A stretch of 64,000 nucleotides of DNA from Acidobacteriota bacterium (GTDB lineage: Bacteria; Acidobacteriota; Thermoanaerobaculia; Gp7-AA8). Below are positions 29,832 to 41,109 of this stretch, piece by piece; position 1 is the first letter of the stretch; the number at the start of each line of letters is the position of its first letter. The stretch is from positions 112,684 to 176,683 of the forward strand of contig JAFATB010000005.1 of the NCBI GenBank assembly GCA_019244185.1, written 5' to 3'. The position numbers and the translations under genes were made by a program. Under the pieces are notes generated by a model. It saw only the letters and a program-made list of their open reading frames with translations. It searched no databases and was not told where the DNA came from.

Positions 29832-30941
29832 TCAATAGTGAGGAGGATCGACCGTCGGTCCGCCGATGTCGAACGAGCCGTTCATCGTCGTGTGTCCTTC
29901 GCCGCACGTCTCGTGCGTGCAGAAGTAGATGTACGTCCCTTCGCTCGGCAGCGTGATCACGCGCTCGACGGCGTTCATCGTGACCGGATCGACCTGGATC
30001 AGCAGTTCGTCGTGCGGTCCGACGAGCGTGAAGCCGTGTACGTCTTCCGACGTGCGGATGATGAACTTCACCGTGTCGCCGGCGTGCAGCGGCTTCGACG
30101 GCGTCACCGTGTAATCCCAGTTGCGCGCGACGACGTCCACCGTCGTCTGCTGCGGCGGCTGATTCGTCGGCGCCACGCCCGTATCTTCCGACGCCGTGAC
30201 GAACGTCGGATCCTCGGCACCGTTGTCGACGATCGAGCCCCACACGAACAGCGGCTGATCCGAGTCGTAGCTGATCCACGAGTCGGTGAGATCGGCGGTT
30301 GGCGCATCGAACGTGTCGGTGATGCGCGTCGGCGCGATCGCGGCGAACGGCGGCATGTCGATGGTGGCGGTGGCGACGACGGCGTTCAGCTTGTCGTACA
30401 GCTTCATCGTCATGTGCGCGGCGGTCGCGTTCGGATTCACCGCGCCCCAGTTCGTGCGGAACGACGCCGGCGAGCCCGCGAGCGTGGTGTCGCCGTTCTT
30501 GAGCTGCAGCAGCGCGCCCTTGCGCTTCGCGTCGGTCGAGGTGAGTCCCGGCACGAACTGGCCGAGCGTGCCGTGCTGGTGATCGGCGCGCTTGTCGGCG
30601 TAGATGCGCTCGGTGGCGAGGAAGTCGTCGTCGGACGTGAGGCGGATCGCGCCGAGCGCCGGGCCGCCGCCGAACATCGAATGCACGACGTCGTCGTAGA
30701 TCGCCATCGACCGCTTCGGGACCGTGATCGTCTTCGTCGCGACGCCGCTGTTGTCGCCGTTGCCGGTCGGCAGATAGCGCGCGGTGATGGTGATGTCTTT
30801 GTCGAACGACGGATTCAGGATGCGCGCGTCGGCGAAGAAGCCGTTCGCGCTGCCGCCGATGGAAATGTAGATATCTTTAGCAAAGGCGGATGTTGCAAAA
30901 ATCAGAGTAGTCAGAAGTAACGTCCGTGCACGCATCGTCAT
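29832..30941 (-). CDS. secreted protein with C-terminal cupredoxin (CuA-like) domain
   Basis: Signal peptide AFA-K; beta-rich domain ending SIVDNGAEDPTFV; DVHGF...YFCTHETCGEGHTTMNG. Confidence 0.75.
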   Translation of the reverse strand: MTMRARTLLLTTLIFATSAFAKDIYISIGGSANGFFADARILNPSFDKDITITARYLPTGNGDNSGVATKTITVPKRSMAIYDDVVHSMFGGGPALGAIRLTSDDDFLATERIYADKRADHQHGTLGQFVPGLTSTDAKRKGALLQLKNGDTTLAGSPASFRTNWGAVNPNATAAHMTMKLYDKLNAVVATATIDMPPFAAIAPTRITDTFDAPTADLTDSWISYDSDQPLFVWGSIVDNGAEDPTFVTASEDTGVAPTNQPPQQTTVDVVARNWDYTVTPSKPLHAGDTVKFIIRTSEDVHGFTLVGPHDELLIQVDPVTMNAVERVITLPSEGTYIYFCTHETCGEGHTTMNGSFDIGGPTVDPPHY

Positions 30942-31025
30942 CCTCCCGGTTTACGGATGGACGGATCATAGTCGCGAAGCGCTTACATCGGAGCAGGTTG
31001 TTACCGATTCGTGACGGCGAAATCG

Positions 31026-32612
31026 TCAGGCCGCACGGACGCGGGAGAGCCCGAGCATGCCGAGGATCACGGCGGCCGCGCGCTCGCCCGACTCGACCGC
31101 CGAGTTCATGAAGCCGGACTCGTCGACGGTGTGCTCGCCGGCGAACACGAGGCGCCCCTGCGGCCGCGCGAGCGCGCCGTAGTAACGCTGATACTGGCCG
31201 GGCTCGTAGCAGGTGTAGCTGCCGAGGGACCACTCGTACTTCGGCCAGATCTGCCGGACGGCTTGTCCGGTGTACGCGGAGGCGACGCCGGGAAAGACCT
31301 TGTCCGCCATGCCGGCGAAGTCGCGCGCGCGATCCTGCAGCGCGCCTTCGCCGACGACGAAACCCTGGCGTCCGCCGGTGAAGTTCGTGAGGATGCCGTG
31401 CGTGCCGGCCTGGCCGCGGCTCGTTTCCCAGCACGCCTGAAACGCGAGATCGGTGAACGTGTACGCGCTGACGTTCATCTGCACCCACGGCCGCGCATTG
31501 GTGCCGATCATCAGCTTCGAGTTCGTGCCGTAGCCCTGCTTCTGGATCGCCTCGCGCTGGATGGGCGTGAGGTCGAGGCGCGTGAGATCGAGCTTGCGCA
31601 TGACCGGAAGCGGAATCGTCGTCACGAGGATGTCGGCCTTGATCGTCGCGGGCGCGGAGCCGCGGCGCACGGCGACGTCGAACCCGCCGTCGCGGCTGCG
31701 GATCGCTTCGACCGCGGTGCCGAGTTGCACGGACGCGTCGAGCTCCTGCGCGAGACGAATGGGAATCGTGGCGTTGCCGCCGCGCGTGCGATAGCGCTCG
31801 CTGCTGCCGCCGAAGAGCTCGAACATGCCGGGCGCGGTGCCGACCGAGCAGAGGAAGTTCAGCGCGCTCTGGCGATCGAGCTCGAGGCCGAACTCGCCGA
31901 CGTACGCCGCGTTGATGAGGTTGCGGATCGTGCCGGTGACGCCGTTCTTGTCGAGCCACTGCGCGATGCTCATCGCGTCGAGCTCCTTGCCGCGTTCCGT
32001 GCCGCTGTTCCACGTCACGTCGCAGTTCGCGCCGTCGTCGCCGATCTCGCGCCGCACCAGCGCCGCGATCGGACGGAACGCCTCGATCCAGTCGGCGTCG
32101 ACTTTCGAGAGCTTGCCGTCGAAGTAGTAGTCGTGTCCCGCCGAGCCGTCGAGATACGCGAGATCGAGCAGCTCGATGCCGAGCTCCTTCGCGAGATTGC
32201 GGATCGCGTGATGTTCGGTGTCGATGAGCTCTCCGCCGAGCTCCGCGATCTGATCGTCGGGAAAGTAGTTCGCGAGCGAGTACATGCGCCCGCCGACGCG
32301 CGGCGCGGCTTCGACGATGAACGACGCGACGCCACTCTGCTGCAGGCGATACGCGCACGTGAGTCCCGCCGCGCCCGCGCCGAGAATCACGACGCGCCCG
32401 GCGTCCTGCGCGCGTGCGACGCGTGGGAAGAGCAGCGGCGCGACCGCGGCCCCGGCGGCCGCCGACGCGGACGCGCGCAGAAACTTGCGGCGGCTCCACG
32501 CCGCTTCCGCGGCGCGTTCGATCGCGACGTCGGTCGGCGTGCCGCTGCGCTCGAGCGCATCGGCAGCGCGCATCGCAACGCGAAGGCGGGAGAACAGCTC
32601 GCTTTTCGGCAT
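31026..32612 (-). CDS. flavin monoamine oxidase family protein
   Basis: SRRKFL Tat-like motif, GAGAAG, EAAPRVGGR, ELGGELID, FAGEHT...GFMNSAVESG. Confidence 0.9.
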   Translation of the reverse strand: MPKSELFSRLRVAMRAADALERSGTPTDVAIERAAEAAWSRRKFLRASASAAAGAAVAPLLFPRVARAQDAGRVVILGAGAAGLTCAYRLQQSGVASFIVEAAPRVGGRMYSLANYFPDDQIAELGGELIDTEHHAIRNLAKELGIELLDLAYLDGSAGHDYYFDGKLSKVDADWIEAFRPIAALVRREIGDDGANCDVTWNSGTERGKELDAMSIAQWLDKNGVTGTIRNLINAAYVGEFGLELDRQSALNFLCSVGTAPGMFELFGGSSERYRTRGGNATIPIRLAQELDASVQLGTAVEAIRSRDGGFDVAVRRGSAPATIKADILVTTIPLPVMRKLDLTRLDLTPIQREAIQKQGYGTNSKLMIGTNARPWVQMNVSAYTFTDLAFQACWETSRGQAGTHGILTNFTGGRQGFVVGEGALQDRARDFAGMADKVFPGVASAYTGQAVRQIWPKYEWSLGSYTCYEPGQYQRYYGALARPQGRLVFAGEHTVDESGFMNSAVESGERAAAVILGMLGLSRVRAA

Positions 32613-32651
32613 GGGGAAAGAATACCCGATGCCGTCAGCGCGTCGCTCACA

Positions 32652-34418
<1,767 letters not shown>

Positions 34419-34434
34419 CTGGTTCTCCCGGACC

Positions 34435-34920
34435 TCAACTATATGTCGGCTTCACCTTGGCGAGGAACGCGCCAAGTCCCTTCTGCGGCTCGCCGATGGC
34501 GAAGAGGCGTGCGAACGCGGCGCGTTCGAGTGCGTCGCCGCCGCGCATGCGCACGAGCGCCGCGGCGGTATCGAGAGCGATAACGCTGCGGCCGCGCATC
34601 CATTCCGCGAGCCACGCGTCGGGCGCGACGCTGGTCACGTCATCGCACAGCCCCGCGTCGCGCGCCTCGGCCGCGGTCAGCGGCGACGTCACGCGCACGA
34701 CCCCGCGCCCGAGCCGCCACGCCGCCCCCGCCCACCCTTCCGGCGCATCGAGCATGAGCCGCGCGTCTTCATGCAACACCGCAAAGTCGGCGAACAGCAA
34801 CGCCGCCGCGGCGAGGCCGCGGACGTCGCCATCTGCGTACGCGACGACGAGGCCGGACGTCGCGAAGAGGTCTTCGAGCGAGGTCAGCGCGCGGAGCGCG
34901 GCGGGATCGAGAAAGCGCAT
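34435..34920 (-). CDS. short enoyl-CoA hydratase/crotonase-like protein
   Basis: [13 protein letters not shown] and ERAAFARLF...[14 protein letters not shown] resemble the crotonase C-terminus. Confidence 0.6.
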   Translation of the reverse strand: MRFLDPAALRALTSLEDLFATSGLVVAYADGDVRGLAAAALLFADFAVLHEDARLMLDAPEGWAGAAWRLGRGVVRVTSPLTAAEARDAGLCDDVTSVAPDAWLAEWMRGRSVIALDTAAALVRMRGGDALERAAFARLFAIGEPQKGLGAFLAKVKPTYS

Positions 34921-34957
34921 CGCGTGGCGATTTTACGGCGGCTACACTGACGGCATC

Positions 34958-35608
34958 ATGTTCGAGCGCTACGACGACTGCGCGCGCCGCGCGATGTATT
35001 TCTCTGTCTACGAGGCCTCGCGCGCCGGCAAGAGCGCCCTCGGGTCCGAGCCCATCCTCCTCGGCATCCTGCGCGAGGACGACGTCGTCACGCGCGAGCT
35101 GTGGAAGGGTTTCCGGATCTCGGCCGACGCCTTGCGCGCACGATATCCCGCGGTCGTCAGCGACGTCCCCGCGTCCGCCGAACTGCCGCTCGAAGACGAC
35201 GCGAAGACGATCCTCGCCTACGCCAGCCATGAAGCAGAGGAACGGCAGGATCGCAACGTCTCGCCGCATCATCTGGTGCTGGCGATCCTGCGCGTGCCCG
35301 AGTGCGCGGCGGCCATCGTGCTCGCGGAACACGGCGTGGAGTACGAGGTCGTCTCGGAGATCGTGCGCGAGGTGCGCGTGCCAGCAGCGGACGCGCAATT
35401 CGACCCGGTGGAATTGCGCGCATCGCACCACGAACTGCTCGCCGCGATCGCGCGTTCGATGGTGTTTGCGCCGGCGCGCGAAGAACTCGTGCTCGCCGTC
35501 TTCGACGCGCTCGCTGCATCGGGGATTCGCAACGCACGCTTTCACGACGCGGCCGCGTTCGAGTCCGCGCTCGCGGAGCTCTTCGCGGCGTGCTGGCCGC
35601 CGTCTTAG
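34958..35608 (+). CDS. Clp protease N-terminal domain protein
   Basis: MFERYDDCARRAMYFSVYEA...EPILLGILRE...HHLVLAILR; no AAA domain. Confidence 0.8.
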   Translation: MFERYDDCARRAMYFSVYEASRAGKSALGSEPILLGILREDDVVTRELWKGFRISADALRARYPAVVSDVPASAELPLEDDAKTILAYASHEAEERQDRNVSPHHLVLAILRVPECAAAIVLAEHGVEYEVVSEIVREVRVPAADAQFDPVELRASHHELLAAIARSMVFAPAREELVLAVFDALAASGIRNARFHDAAAFESALAELFAACWPPS

Positions 35609-35625
35609 CGAAATCGCCGACTAAA

Positions 35626-36180
35626 ATGTCGAGCGTGTCCGCAGCGTCCGACGAGCTCCGCAAACTCCGCGATGATTTTCGCGGCGCTTCGCTGTTTCGC
35701 GTGCTCTCGCAGCCGGGCTACTGGGGCGTGGTGAATCACCGCATCGCGGCGGCGCTCGTGCGCGCGCGGCTCTTCAAGCCGCTGTATTACGTCTACGCGC
35801 CGGTGTGGCGCGCGATCACGCTCATCACCGGCATCGAGATCTCGCCGCGCGCGACCATCGGCGCGGGGCTGCGCATCATGCATCACGGCCAGATCTTCGT
35901 GAACTCCGGCACGACCATCGGCCGCAATGGCTTCCTCTACAACAACGTGACCATCGGCATCTCCGGCTTCGAAGGCAACGCCGGTCCCACCATCGGCGAC
36001 AACCTCCGCGTCGGCGTCGGCTCCCGCATCCTCGGACCGATCACGCTCGGAGACGACTGCACCGTCGGCGCGAACTCGGTCGTCACGCGCTCGTACGGCT
36101 CGCACGTCGTGCTGGTAGGCGCGCCGGCGAAACCGGTCGAGCGCGACATCGGGAACGCTACGTCTTCTTCCGCGCCGTGA
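35626..36180 (+). CDS. serine O-acetyltransferase-like hexapeptide acyltransferase
   Basis: TGIEISPRATIGAGL, NVTIG, PTIGD, VGANSVV, GAPAK. Confidence 0.85.
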   Translation: MSSVSAASDELRKLRDDFRGASLFRVLSQPGYWGVVNHRIAAALVRARLFKPLYYVYAPVWRAITLITGIEISPRATIGAGLRIMHHGQIFVNSGTTIGRNGFLYNNVTIGISGFEGNAGPTIGDNLRVGVGSRILGPITLGDDCTVGANSVVTRSYGSHVVLVGAPAKPVERDIGNATSSSAP

Positions 36181-36898
36181 GCACGAGGCCGACGCCGATC
36201 GGCAGCCAGCGAAACCACTGGTCCGTTGCAAAGAGACCAGCCACCGCGCGCACGAGTCCGCGCATGCGACCCGCGGTCGCGACCGCGCGCAGCCCCGCAT
36301 CGCTCTGCACCGGACGCCGCGCGCGGCGCAGGTTCAGCGGCAGCATGAAGAGATAGTCGTACGCGACGACGAACGGAAAGCCCCAGTAATCCGCGCGTTT
36401 CACCACGAACCCGCGCGACGCGACGAGCCGCACGAGCTGCGCGCGCGTGTAACGACGCAGGTGTTCGTAGTACGTGTCGGAGAACGTGCGCAACGCCTCG
36501 AGCGCCGGCACCGTGACGATCAGCGCGCCGCCGTTCTTCAGCACGCGCGCGAACTCCCCTGCCGCCGCGCCGTCATCGGGCACGTGCTCGAGCGTCTCCG
36601 CGGACGTCACGCAGTCGAACGCCGCGTCGCGGAACGGCAGGCGCGTGACGTCGGCGAGGACGAGCGGCGCGGAACTGCGCGTGCGCGCGCCGAGGAGCAC
36701 GTCGAGCGAGAGATCGGCACCGATGACGCGATGTCCGCCGCGGCGCAGACGCTCGGCGACGTCACCGAGGCCGACCGCGGCCTCGAGCACGAGCGAGTTC
36801 GGCGAGAGCTCGCGCAACTCGCGGAACATCAGCCCGACGCGATGGGCGTTGCGCGGACCGAACATCTCGGTCTGCGTGCCCCACCACGTGCCGGCCAT
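36158..36898 (-). CDS. class I SAM-dependent methyltransferase
   Basis: VLEAAVGLG, LPFRDAAFD, ETLEHVPDD, HLRRY. Confidence 0.85.
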   Translation of the reverse strand: MAGTWWGTQTEMFGPRNAHRVGLMFRELRELSPNSLVLEAAVGLGDVAERLRRGGHRVIGADLSLDVLLGARTRSSAPLVLADVTRLPFRDAAFDCVTSAETLEHVPDDGAAAGEFARVLKNGGALIVTVPALEALRTFSDTYYEHLRRYTRAQLVRLVASRGFVVKRADYWGFPFVVAYDYLFMLPLNLRRARRPVQSDAGLRAVATAGRMRGLVRAVAGLFATDQWFRWLPIGVGLVLTARKKT

Positions 36899-36904
36899 CA
36901 GTGG

Positions 36905-38218
36905 CTAGTGCACCGTCACGAACGCGGGCGCGCTGTCCGTCGAGCCGCACGGCGTGGTCACGCGGACCCAGAACGGCGTCGTCTCTCCGAGCGGCGGCGT
37001 GATGAGCGTCGGTCCGGTGGCGCCGGTGATCGGGCTGAAGGTCATGCCCGTGTAGCCGGTGTACCACTGGTACGTCTTCGGACTGCTCCCCTGCGCGGTG
37101 ACGTTGAGCGTGGCGCGCGTGCCGCTGGCGACGCTCTGGCCGACCGGCTGGCCCGTGCCGAGGATGACCGGCGGGGTGCAGTTGACGACCACGTTCACGA
37201 TCGACGACGACGTCGCCTCGCCGGCGTGCGAGGTGATGGTCACGACGTACGTGCCGGCCGGCGTGGTCGGCCCGACGTTCACCGTCATGGTCGAATGGAT
37301 GAAGCCCTGCGCGTCCTGCGTGAACGGCGTGAACGAGACGCTGGAGTCTTCCGGCAGTCCGCTGCTGGTGAGCTGCGCCTGCGTGTTGACGTTCGCGTAG
37401 AAGACGTCGAGCGGCACCTGCACGCTCTCGAGGTTGTTGACGGTAACGAGGTTCGTGGTCGGGACGATCACCGGCGCGATCTGCACGCCGGAGATGCCGC
37501 CGCGGGCGATGATGACGGCGGAGTCGAGAATGTCGTCGGACGTGTCGGCGATGGCGATGCGCACGTGATGCGTGACGTTCGGCTCGACCACGGCCACCGC
37601 GGTGAGCACGGTGGTCATGCCGTCGAACTGCGTGTCGATCGACGCGTCGCCGTTGTCGCGATAGAGGTTCGTGTTGCGCAGATGGTTGATGGTGTTGATC
37701 GTGATCGGCGTGATCGCGCCGGGCGTCAGCGCGATGTTGCCGCCGTCGACGAAGAACGCGAACACGTCATTGAACTCGGAGTCCACATACTCCCGGTACT
37801 CCTCGGAGGCAAAGACGTATTGAATCGAGAACGTCGGCGTGGCGGTGATGACGTCGAACTCGATGACCGCCGCGTCGTGCGTCTTGAACGGAGCGACGAT
37901 CGCGTCGAGCGCGGGATGGCCGGGGGCGCCGAGCCCCACGCCCGAGCCGGTGTTGCCGTTCGGACCGGCCGCGTCGCTGATGTTGCCCGTGCTGAGGATG
38001 ATGCCGTCCGAGAGGCCGAGGTTGCCGCCGTTCGTGAACGTGCCGATGGCGCTGCCCGAGCCGGTGAGGGTGACGTTGGAGATCGTCGCGCCCGGCCCGG
38101 TCATCATCGCCGCGAGCTCCGCAACGGACAGCCCGTCCGCCATGCTCTTCGTCGTGATCGCGTACAGCGGAGCCGCCAGCACGAGGACCACAATCGCCGA
38201 TAAGACGCGTCGCACCAT
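36905..38218 (-). CDS. secreted choice-of-anchor L domain protein with C-terminal Ig-like domain
   Basis: GIILSTG, YVFASEEY...FNDVFAFFV, FDGMT, IAIADTSDDILDSAV; QP...YQWY...FWVRVT Ig; start re-chosen at 38218. Confidence 0.8.
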   Translation of the reverse strand: MVRRVLSAIVVLVLAAPLYAITTKSMADGLSVAELAAMMTGPGATISNVTLTGSGSAIGTFTNGGNLGLSDGIILSTGNISDAAGPNGNTGSGVGLGAPGHPALDAIVAPFKTHDAAVIEFDVITATPTFSIQYVFASEEYREYVDSEFNDVFAFFVDGGNIALTPGAITPITINTINHLRNTNLYRDNGDASIDTQFDGMTTVLTAVAVVEPNVTHHVRIAIADTSDDILDSAVIIARGGISGVQIAPVIVPTTNLVTVNNLESVQVPLDVFYANVNTQAQLTSSGLPEDSSVSFTPFTQDAQGFIHSTMTVNVGPTTPAGTYVVTITSHAGEATSSSIVNVVVNCTPPVILGTGQPVGQSVASGTRATLNVTAQGSSPKTYQWYTGYTGMTFSPITGATGPTLITPPLGETTPFWVRVTTPCGSTDSAPAFVTVH

Positions 38219-38293
38219 ACATTCCTCCCGTTCACCCGTGGCACGGATGCGCAAGAGGTTACCGGAGAGCGGAGGAGCCGTCAAAGACGCGCG

Positions 38294-39847
38294 TCAGAAG
38301 GCGCGCCGCACGATGTCGAGAATCTCGTCGCCCGGTGCATTGCGTCCCATCGCCGTTTCGACGGCGAGGCTGACGTCGTCGCGGAACAGCGTGGCCACGG
38401 CGTCGACGCTGGTGCCGTTGCGGAAGACGAGCGCCGCGTTGTGCTCGTCGAGCGAGCCGAACGTCAGCACGTCGTCGGCGCGCTCGGCGTGACCGACGTA
38501 CGAGAAGACGAGGTCGTAGTGCTGGCTCCAGAAAAACGGCACGGCCGTGAACGCGTCGCGGCGACCGGCGGCGTTGCGCGCCGCCGTCTGACCTTGTCGC
38601 CCGGCGACGACCCAGTGCTCGACGCGTAACGGACGTCCGCTGCGCGCGTCGGGAAAGCGCGCGGCGTCGCCGGCGGCGAAGATATTCGCGACGCTGGTCT
38701 GCAGAAATTCGTCCACGACGATCCCGCGGTCGATGGTCACTCCCGCGCTCTCCGCGAGCGCGAGCTCCGGCTCGACGCCGGCGCCGATGACCACCACGTC
38801 GCACGCGACGCTGCTGCCGTCGTCGAGCGCAACACCATCGCCCTCGATCGCGACCGGCTTGCGCCCGAGGCGGAAGCGAACGCCGTGCGATTCATGCAGG
38901 CGCTGGATGAAGGCACCCGCTTCGCGGCCGAGGACGCGTTCGAGCGGCAGCTCCTCCATGCCGACGACGGTGACGTCGACGCCGCGCTCGCGGAGCGACG
39001 CCGCGGTTTCGAGACCGATGAAGCTCGCGCCGATCACGACGGCGTTGCGCGCGCCGTCGGTGGCTTCGCGCAGTGCGTCGGCGTCGGACCACGTGCGGAG
39101 GTAGTGCACGCGCGCACCGTCGGCGGTCGGGACGTCGAGGCGTCGCGGACGCGCGCCGGGCGCGAGGATCAGCCGGTCGTATGCGAGCGGTTCGCTGCCG
39201 GCGAGCACGAGCTCGTTTCGCGCGGCATCGATGCGCTCGACGGTCGCGCCGAGGCGCAGGTCGATGCGATCGTTCGCGTAGTCCGAGGATTCGCGCAGCG
39301 GAATCCATTCCTGCGGCGCGCGGCCGGCGAGATAGTCCTTCGACAGATTCGGCTTGTCGTACGGCAGGCGATCCTCGCGCGTGATGAGCGTGACGCGGCC
39401 CGCGTAGCCGATGCGGCGCAGCTCCATCGCCGCGAACGAGCCCGCCGCGCCGGCGCCGAGGATGACGATGTGCCCCGCGGCGACGTCACCCGACGATTGC
39501 GTCGCCGGCGCGGCCGCGTCCTGCGGCAGCACGCGCACGACGTCGCCTTCACGCTCGATCGCGTACACGCGCAACGCGCGCATGGCCGGCGCGCTCCCGT
39601 GGCCGGTGCGCAGTTCGAAACAGGCGTGATGCCACGGGCAACGCAGCGTCTCGCCGAGGAGCGCGCCTTCAGCGAGCGGGCCGTGATAGTGCGTGCAGAA
39701 GGCGTCGACGGCGAAGAACTCCTCGCCCTTGCGCACGAGCAGCACCGCGTCCTCGCCGACGTGGCCGGCGAGCATCGCGCCGTCGGCGACGTCGGCGATG
39801 CGCACGCCCTGTTGCAGATCGGGACCGGGGGCCGCGTCGTCGCTCAT
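38294..39847 (-). CDS. Rieske (2Fe-2S) / FAD-dependent reductase fusion
   Basis: CTHYHGPL...CPWHHACF Rieske; GAGAAG, PYDKPNLSK, GASFIGLE, VPFFWSQH. Confidence 0.92.
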   Translation of the reverse strand: MSDDAAPGPDLQQGVRIADVADGAMLAGHVGEDAVLLVRKGEEFFAVDAFCTHYHGPLAEGALLGETLRCPWHHACFELRTGHGSAPAMRALRVYAIEREGDVVRVLPQDAAAPATQSSGDVAAGHIVILGAGAAGSFAAMELRRIGYAGRVTLITREDRLPYDKPNLSKDYLAGRAPQEWIPLRESSDYANDRIDLRLGATVERIDAARNELVLAGSEPLAYDRLILAPGARPRRLDVPTADGARVHYLRTWSDADALREATDGARNAVVIGASFIGLETAASLRERGVDVTVVGMEELPLERVLGREAGAFIQRLHESHGVRFRLGRKPVAIEGDGVALDDGSSVACDVVVIGAGVEPELALAESAGVTIDRGIVVDEFLQTSVANIFAAGDAARFPDARSGRPLRVEHWVVAGRQGQTAARNAAGRRDAFTAVPFFWSQHYDLVFSYVGHAERADDVLTFGSLDEHNAALVFRNGTSVDAVATLFRDDVSLAVETAMGRNAPGDEILDIVRRAF

Positions 39848-39856
39848 CGCCTCACC

Positions 39857-40438
39857 TCACGCCGTTCCGCAGAGACGCAGAAACTCGGAGCGCGTCTCCG
39901 CATTGTTGCGCAACGTGCCGAGCATGGCCGAGGTCACGAGCTGCGTCGCCGGCAGCCGCACGCCGCGGCAGCCCATGCACAGATGATGGGCGCTGACGAT
40001 CACGCCGACGCCGCGCGCCTCGAGATGGGTTTCGACCGCGTGCGCGATCTGCTGCGTCATGCGCTCCTGAATCTGCAGCCGTTTCGCGAAGCAGTGGACG
40101 AGCCGCGCGAGCTTGCTGATGCCGACGACTTTCCCCGGTAAGTAGCCAACATGCGCGACTCCCTGGAACGGCAGCAGGTGATGTTCGCAGATCGAGTGAA
40201 AGTCGATGCCGCGCAAGATGATCAGCTCGTCGGAGCGCTCGTCGAACGTCTTCGAAAGGATCTCGGCCGGCGATTCGTCGTAGCCGGTGGTCATCTCGAG
40301 CAACGCCTTCACCACGCGCTGCGGCGTGTCGAGCAGGCCGTCGCGCTCGGGATCTTCGCCGATGTGGCGGAGCAGCGCTTCGACGGCGCGCTCCGCGTCG
40401 CCGGTGTCGGGTCGTTCCACGGTTCGAATGTTCTGCAT
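39857..40438 (-). CDS. folE: GTP cyclohydrolase I
   Basis: REGL-like [39 protein letters not shown]. Confidence 0.95.
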   Translation of the reverse strand: MQNIRTVERPDTGDAERAVEALLRHIGEDPERDGLLDTPQRVVKALLEMTTGYDESPAEILSKTFDERSDELIILRGIDFHSICEHHLLPFQGVAHVGYLPGKVVGISKLARLVHCFAKRLQIQERMTQQIAHAVETHLEARGVGVIVSAHHLCMGCRGVRLPATQLVTSAMLGTLRNNAETRSEFLRLCGTA

Positions 40439-40492
40439 GTCCGATTAGAGCGCGCGCCGCGCGATCGGTGACAGCGAACGCGCGTCCGCGCG

Positions 40493-40645
40493 TCAGCGCG
40501 GAGGCTTCGGCGGCGGCGACGGCGCTGCGCCCGCTTTCTCCGGAAGCGGTCTCGCTTTGGCGAGCGAGAGGCAGAGGCGGCGGAGTTGGGAGACCTGGCG
40601 AAGCCGCATGGTGATCGCCGCTTCCGAGTAATCGACCGGCGTCAT
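40493..40645 (-). CDS. 50-aa small protein coupled to the nucleotidyltransferase (not in ORF track)
   Basis: ATGA overlap with stop of 40642..41091; MTPVDYSEAAITMRLRQVSQLRRLCLSLAKARPLPEKAGAAPSPPPKPPR. Confidence 0.55.
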   Translation of the reverse strand: MTPVDYSEAAITMRLRQVSQLRRLCLSLAKARPLPEKAGAAPSPPPKPPR

Positions 40646-41091
40646 GACAGCCGCTCGATATCGGCGAGATCCTGATAGCTATTGCGAAAGCGCTTCAGCG
40701 CGATGAGCCCCTCGCGCGATACGACGGAGATCATGCGCCCGCTCCACGGAAGGCGTTCGCGCGAATCCCAGACGTGTTGCGTCGGCGGGGTGACGAGCAG
40801 GAGATCGAGCATCAGAGTCTCTCCATCGTGCGGGTCGATCTTGGTGACGCGATGAATGCGCACCGCGCCGTCCGCGAACGTCATCGGATGCGCGCGAAAC
40901 GTGTATCCAAACGTCGCGGCGAGTTCTTCGATGCGATCGGCATCTTCCGCGCGCACGAAGAGGTCGATGTCGATCGTCGCGCGCGGCGCTCCATGCACTG
41001 CCATCGCCAGGCCACCGCAGACCGCGTACTCGATCATGGAATCGTCGAGCGCTTTCACGAGCTTCCGAAGCTCGTCCTCGAGATCCAGCAC
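40642..41091 (-). CDS. nucleotidyltransferase (AbiEii/MNT-like fold)
   Basis: YAVCGGLAMAVHGAPRATIDIDL...LIALK...QDLADIERL. Confidence 0.8.
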   Translation of the reverse strand: MLDLEDELRKLVKALDDSMIEYAVCGGLAMAVHGAPRATIDIDLFVRAEDADRIEELAATFGYTFRAHPMTFADGAVRIHRVTKIDPHDGETLMLDLLLVTPPTQHVWDSRERLPWSGRMISVVSREGLIALKRFRNSYQDLADIERLS

Positions 41092-41109
41092 CGCACCAGT
41101 CTACCGCCT

